DNA of 64,000 nucleotides from Stegostoma tigrinum (lineage: Eukaryota), in contig NC_081360.1 of NCBI RefSeq assembly GCF_030684315.1, positions 11,140,599 to 11,204,598 on the forward strand, in the 5' to 3' direction. The notes beneath the pieces were generated by a model. That model did not search any database. It was not told where the DNA came from and was given only the letters and a program-made list of their open reading frames with translations. The translations under genes were made by a program, and so were the position numbers. The number at the start of each line of letters is the position of its first letter. Within the stretch, counting starts at the first letter, position 1. Below are positions 60,484 through 64,000 of this stretch, one piece after another.

Positions 60484-62235
60484 GGTGTTGCATGACACCT
60501 GCAAACACTCTGGTGCTTGATATAACCCAACTCTCAGTACCATCTATTTGTAGTTATAGTAGGTTTTCAGTGTACCAGTTAGAGTTGTGACTGTTGGTTC
60601 AGAATAATTCACGAAAACCTCAGCTGAAGATCACCCAAACTATTGCCATACTCGGGCGGTGACAAATGCTTTTTAGTTGGTTCCCTTGTTTCTCAGGGTG
60701 ACCTGTTAAGATGGTGGTAGTAGATTGAGAGTGAGATTCCATGTGGAAATTACTGCTGAAAACACCTGGCACTCTGTGATTTGTACATACATTCCAGGAA
60801 TGGACAGAAGCCTATCTGAAGATGAGAAAGAGATTCCCATGCAATGAAAACCAAAATGTTAAGAAATTGTTTTAAAATATCAATTCGATTATGGAGCCAA
60901 TTCAGCATTATAGATCATTGCATAAAGCTGATTCTTAGACCCATGTTGTGCCTGTCAGTACATGGGAAAAATCTACAGGAAAGTAATCATGATCAATGGC
61001 TCCAGTTTTATCTCTGTCAAATTCCTAGACCCTGCTGGTGACAGTAACGGTTGACAAATAGTAAGGGCGGTGAAATTGAAAAAACTTTTCAATTCTTTTT
61101 CCTCACTCACAAATTGCACCTGTATTGTGATGCCTAAAATCTCTGCAGGTCAGTTTGATAACAGATTCTCTGTTCATTTGATTGGAAAAATATATGCATC
61201 ATCAGCAGTCCAGCAGGGAGCACTGTGGTGACAGTGTGCTTTCAGCAGCTGGTTCAAGATGTAGCTAGCATTACCGACAATTTTGTCAGCATCCAAAACA
61301 GATTACAAGAGGAAATTACTTTTCAGCCTCAGAATTAAGTGAATTTTGGTTGTCCTCAAATTTGGTTATTCACTAACAAAGTATGTTTGTTTGCTTCAGT
61401 AAGATTCCAAGCAGAATCTTACATTTCTACTTTTGGAAATGTTTAATTATAATATAGTAAATAGGAATATTTTTGTTCTCACATCTGAATGCAGCTATTA
61501 GCTCTGCCTATTTAAAGACATAACACGGGTTCAAGAACCAAAAGCATAAGGAAGGAATGCATCAAAAATCATACGCTATCACATAATTGTATACAGAAGT
61601 TCACATGCCAAAGGCTACTGGGTATGACTGTCAGTGGGAATTACTATTTATATCATACAACCAATTGACACAACTAATTTGTTATCATTTTTGAGTTGAA
61701 ATCACCTTGTGTAATATTAATAACCAAATGTGTTTGATAAAATGGTGTTAGTTTCACAAATAAATTTCTTTCAGTTGAATAGATAAAGGCTGCAAAAGTT
61801 ATTTCTGGTGATACTCATAATTTTGGTGCTACAAACATCACTCTTAGGACACAGAAAGGTCTGCAGTGCATGTGTATATTGCTGTTAATGCTCACATCAA
61901 ACGCCATTTTGGTAATATATCTGATATATGCATAGTAGGCATATTAGGATGTCAGTCAGCTTTCAGTAGCAATGTGAATCTAGTGATGCCATTCTTAACT
62001 TGAATGTTCCAATTAATGCCTCATCTTAACTTCAGACAGTTGACCATGCATTCAATGACAAGAAAGAACCCTGTCAGTAAAATCTTAAGGATTCATTAGT
62101 TACTAACATTGGTTAGTTGATGATTGATTTCTACTGGCTGTTGATTAATAAAACCGTTTGCAGGATTGTATTGATGTTAAAGATTAGCAAAGTCTACAGC
62201 AAGTGATGTGTTACATGCTGAAGACCTTCATTCTT

Positions 62236-62880
62236 AGAACATAGAACACAGAACATTACAGCACAGTACAGGCCCTTCGGCCCTCGACATTGTGCCGACC
62301 TGTCATACCGATCTCAAGCCCATCTAACCTACACTATTCCATGTACGTCCATATGCTTATCCATATTCTCTGCCTGGGGAAATAGGACTTCCAACTTAGG
62401 GTCCACCCTAAGCTCATGACTTTGCATGCCTTGATTAAGTCAGCATCTTGTGTACAAGGAAAAACAATCCTAGCCAACCTTTTCTCGTAGATGAAATTTT
62501 CAAGCTGAAACAGCACAGTCTTGTAAACCTCCTTTGTACCATCTCCAGGGCAATTATGTCCTTCCTGTAATGCAATGACCAGAACTGTACACAAAATTCC
62601 AACCTTGGCATAATCAGGGTTTCCTAAAGTTTCGGCAATACATCTCTTATACTGTACTTTATCCAATGAAGGAAAGCATTCCATATGCTTTATGGACATT
62701 ATTTACCTGTCCTAGCACCTTCAGGTACTTGTGACATGCACTCCAAGATCTCTCACTTACTCTACACCTCAGTATTCAAGTTTATTGTTTGCTCCCTAGC
62801 TTTGTGTTCCCTCTCAAAAAGAAACTACTTCACACTTCGCCAGGCTGAATTCCATTTATCATTGTTCCATCCATTCAACT
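62236..62880 (-). mobile_element. Young CR1 tail (62236-~62365) abutting an older CR1 fragment (~62365-62880)
   Basis: agaacatagaacacagaacattacagcacagtacaggcccttcggccc tail; the older part reads QEGHNCP..TKEVYK..LENFIYEKRLAR in mixed frames. Confidence 0.75.
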
Positions 62881-62974
62881 AAATCTTCAGTGTTCTCAAA
62901 ATGACACACAATGAAGAGAATTTTCAATAAGAGAATGACGATCATGCTAAATTCAAACATCAAATATTGATCAC

Positions 62975-63295
62975 AAAATGTGATGCCACCTGACAGCTGC
63001 AGGAACAGCATCTCATATTTCACTTGGGAACCCTGCAGCCCAAGGGTATCAATGTGAACTTCACAAGGTTTAAAATTTCCCCTCCCCGACCTCATCTTAA
63101 AACCAGCCCAGCTTGTCCCCGCCTCGCAAACCATTCCTCCCACCTCAAGCCCCATCTCCATCTCCTACCCAGTAACCTCATCCCACCTCCTTGACCTGCC
63201 TGTCCTCCCTGGACCGACCTATCCCCTCCCTAACTCCCCACCTACACTAACCTTTACTGGCTCCATACCCACCTCTTTGACCTCTCTTTGACCTT
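62975..63295 (+). mobile_element. PLE fragment (ORF end plus C-rich UTR, pLTR lost)
   Basis: QLQEQHLIFHLGTLQPKGINVNF; homologous to ~24850-25220 and 9450-9725. Confidence 0.88.
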
Positions 63296-63886
63296 CATTC
63301 TTATTTAAAAGATACAATGAAAGATGTATCACCATTTGGGATTCGGATTTTAGAGTAGTGCAGATAGATTTTTGTCAATTCTATTACTTTTTTAAAAAAT
63401 ACTCAGTAAATCATTTGACACACCACGTCCCAGATTACACATAGCTTCACTCAAGACCCTGGCAGGATGCCTGTGGTGTTCATGAATGGAATGTTTATTT
63501 TGCTGAGTTTACAACAAACCAAAGGCTGTCTCCATTTAGCTTCTGACTTCAATTTAGAAGAATCAGGAATTCAGTTCAGGAACGAGAACAGCTTTCTTCT
63601 TCCAAGAGAATCAACTTTTCAGCCTATGGGAACCACTTACTCTAGCCAAAGTGCTTTGAATTCATTAAGCTTCTAAGCTGTGAGGGTTTGCAGTCTTCAA
63701 ACTGTTGGAACTGGAAAAGAATAGGCCATCGAACTGAGAAAGAATCATGCCAGAAGGCCCAAAAAGAATCAAGAAAATGTTTGGGCACGTCAAGAAAAAA
63801 AAATTTGAAGTGTTAGTTAAATAAGATATTAATAATTGAATTATGAGTGACATATCTCTGGGACTGAATATTTGTAAAAGGGTAGT

Positions 63887-64000
63887 AGAACATAGAACAC
63901 AGAACTGTACAGCACAGGAATGGGCCCTTTGGTCCGCAATGTTGTGCTGAACATTGCTAAATTAAACTAATCCCTTCTGCCTGCCCTTGGTCCATATCCC
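63887..64000 (-). mobile_element. CR1 3' tail running off the window edge
   Basis: agaacatagaacacagaactgtacagcacagg..ggccctttggtccgcaatgttgtgc. Confidence 0.85.

Overview
This is eukaryotic, repeat-dense intronic or intergenic DNA, not a prokaryotic locus. The repeat content (CR1 LINEs with (TTCTATG)n-type tails, HE1/V-SINE-like, DeuSINE-like and MetaSINE-like SINEs, Penelope-like elements) points to a cartilaginous fish, probably a shark; this is inference from family resemblance. I recognised no host protein-coding exon, tRNA, rRNA or CRISPR array. Most ORFs in the track are chance ORFs or antisense frames of transposons. Main content: (1) a near full-length, frameshifted Neptune-type Penelope-like element (PLE) at 20216-23935 (-) and a 5'-truncated sister copy at 24134-25399 (+), both nested in one old CR1; (2) minimal type I hammerhead ribozyme cores in their pseudo-LTRs (pLTRs); (3) four ORF-less fold-back pLTR mini-elements with 13-16 bp target-site duplications (TSDs), in which the pLTR 3' tail is present at one end only; (4) a 129-bp inverted local copy inside a V-SINE that preserves the empty site of one of these mini-elements; (5) young and old CR1s, L2 fragments, PIF/Harbinger fossils and probable solo LTRs. 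Boundaries of old repeats are approximate and all family names come from recognition by eye, not database searches.
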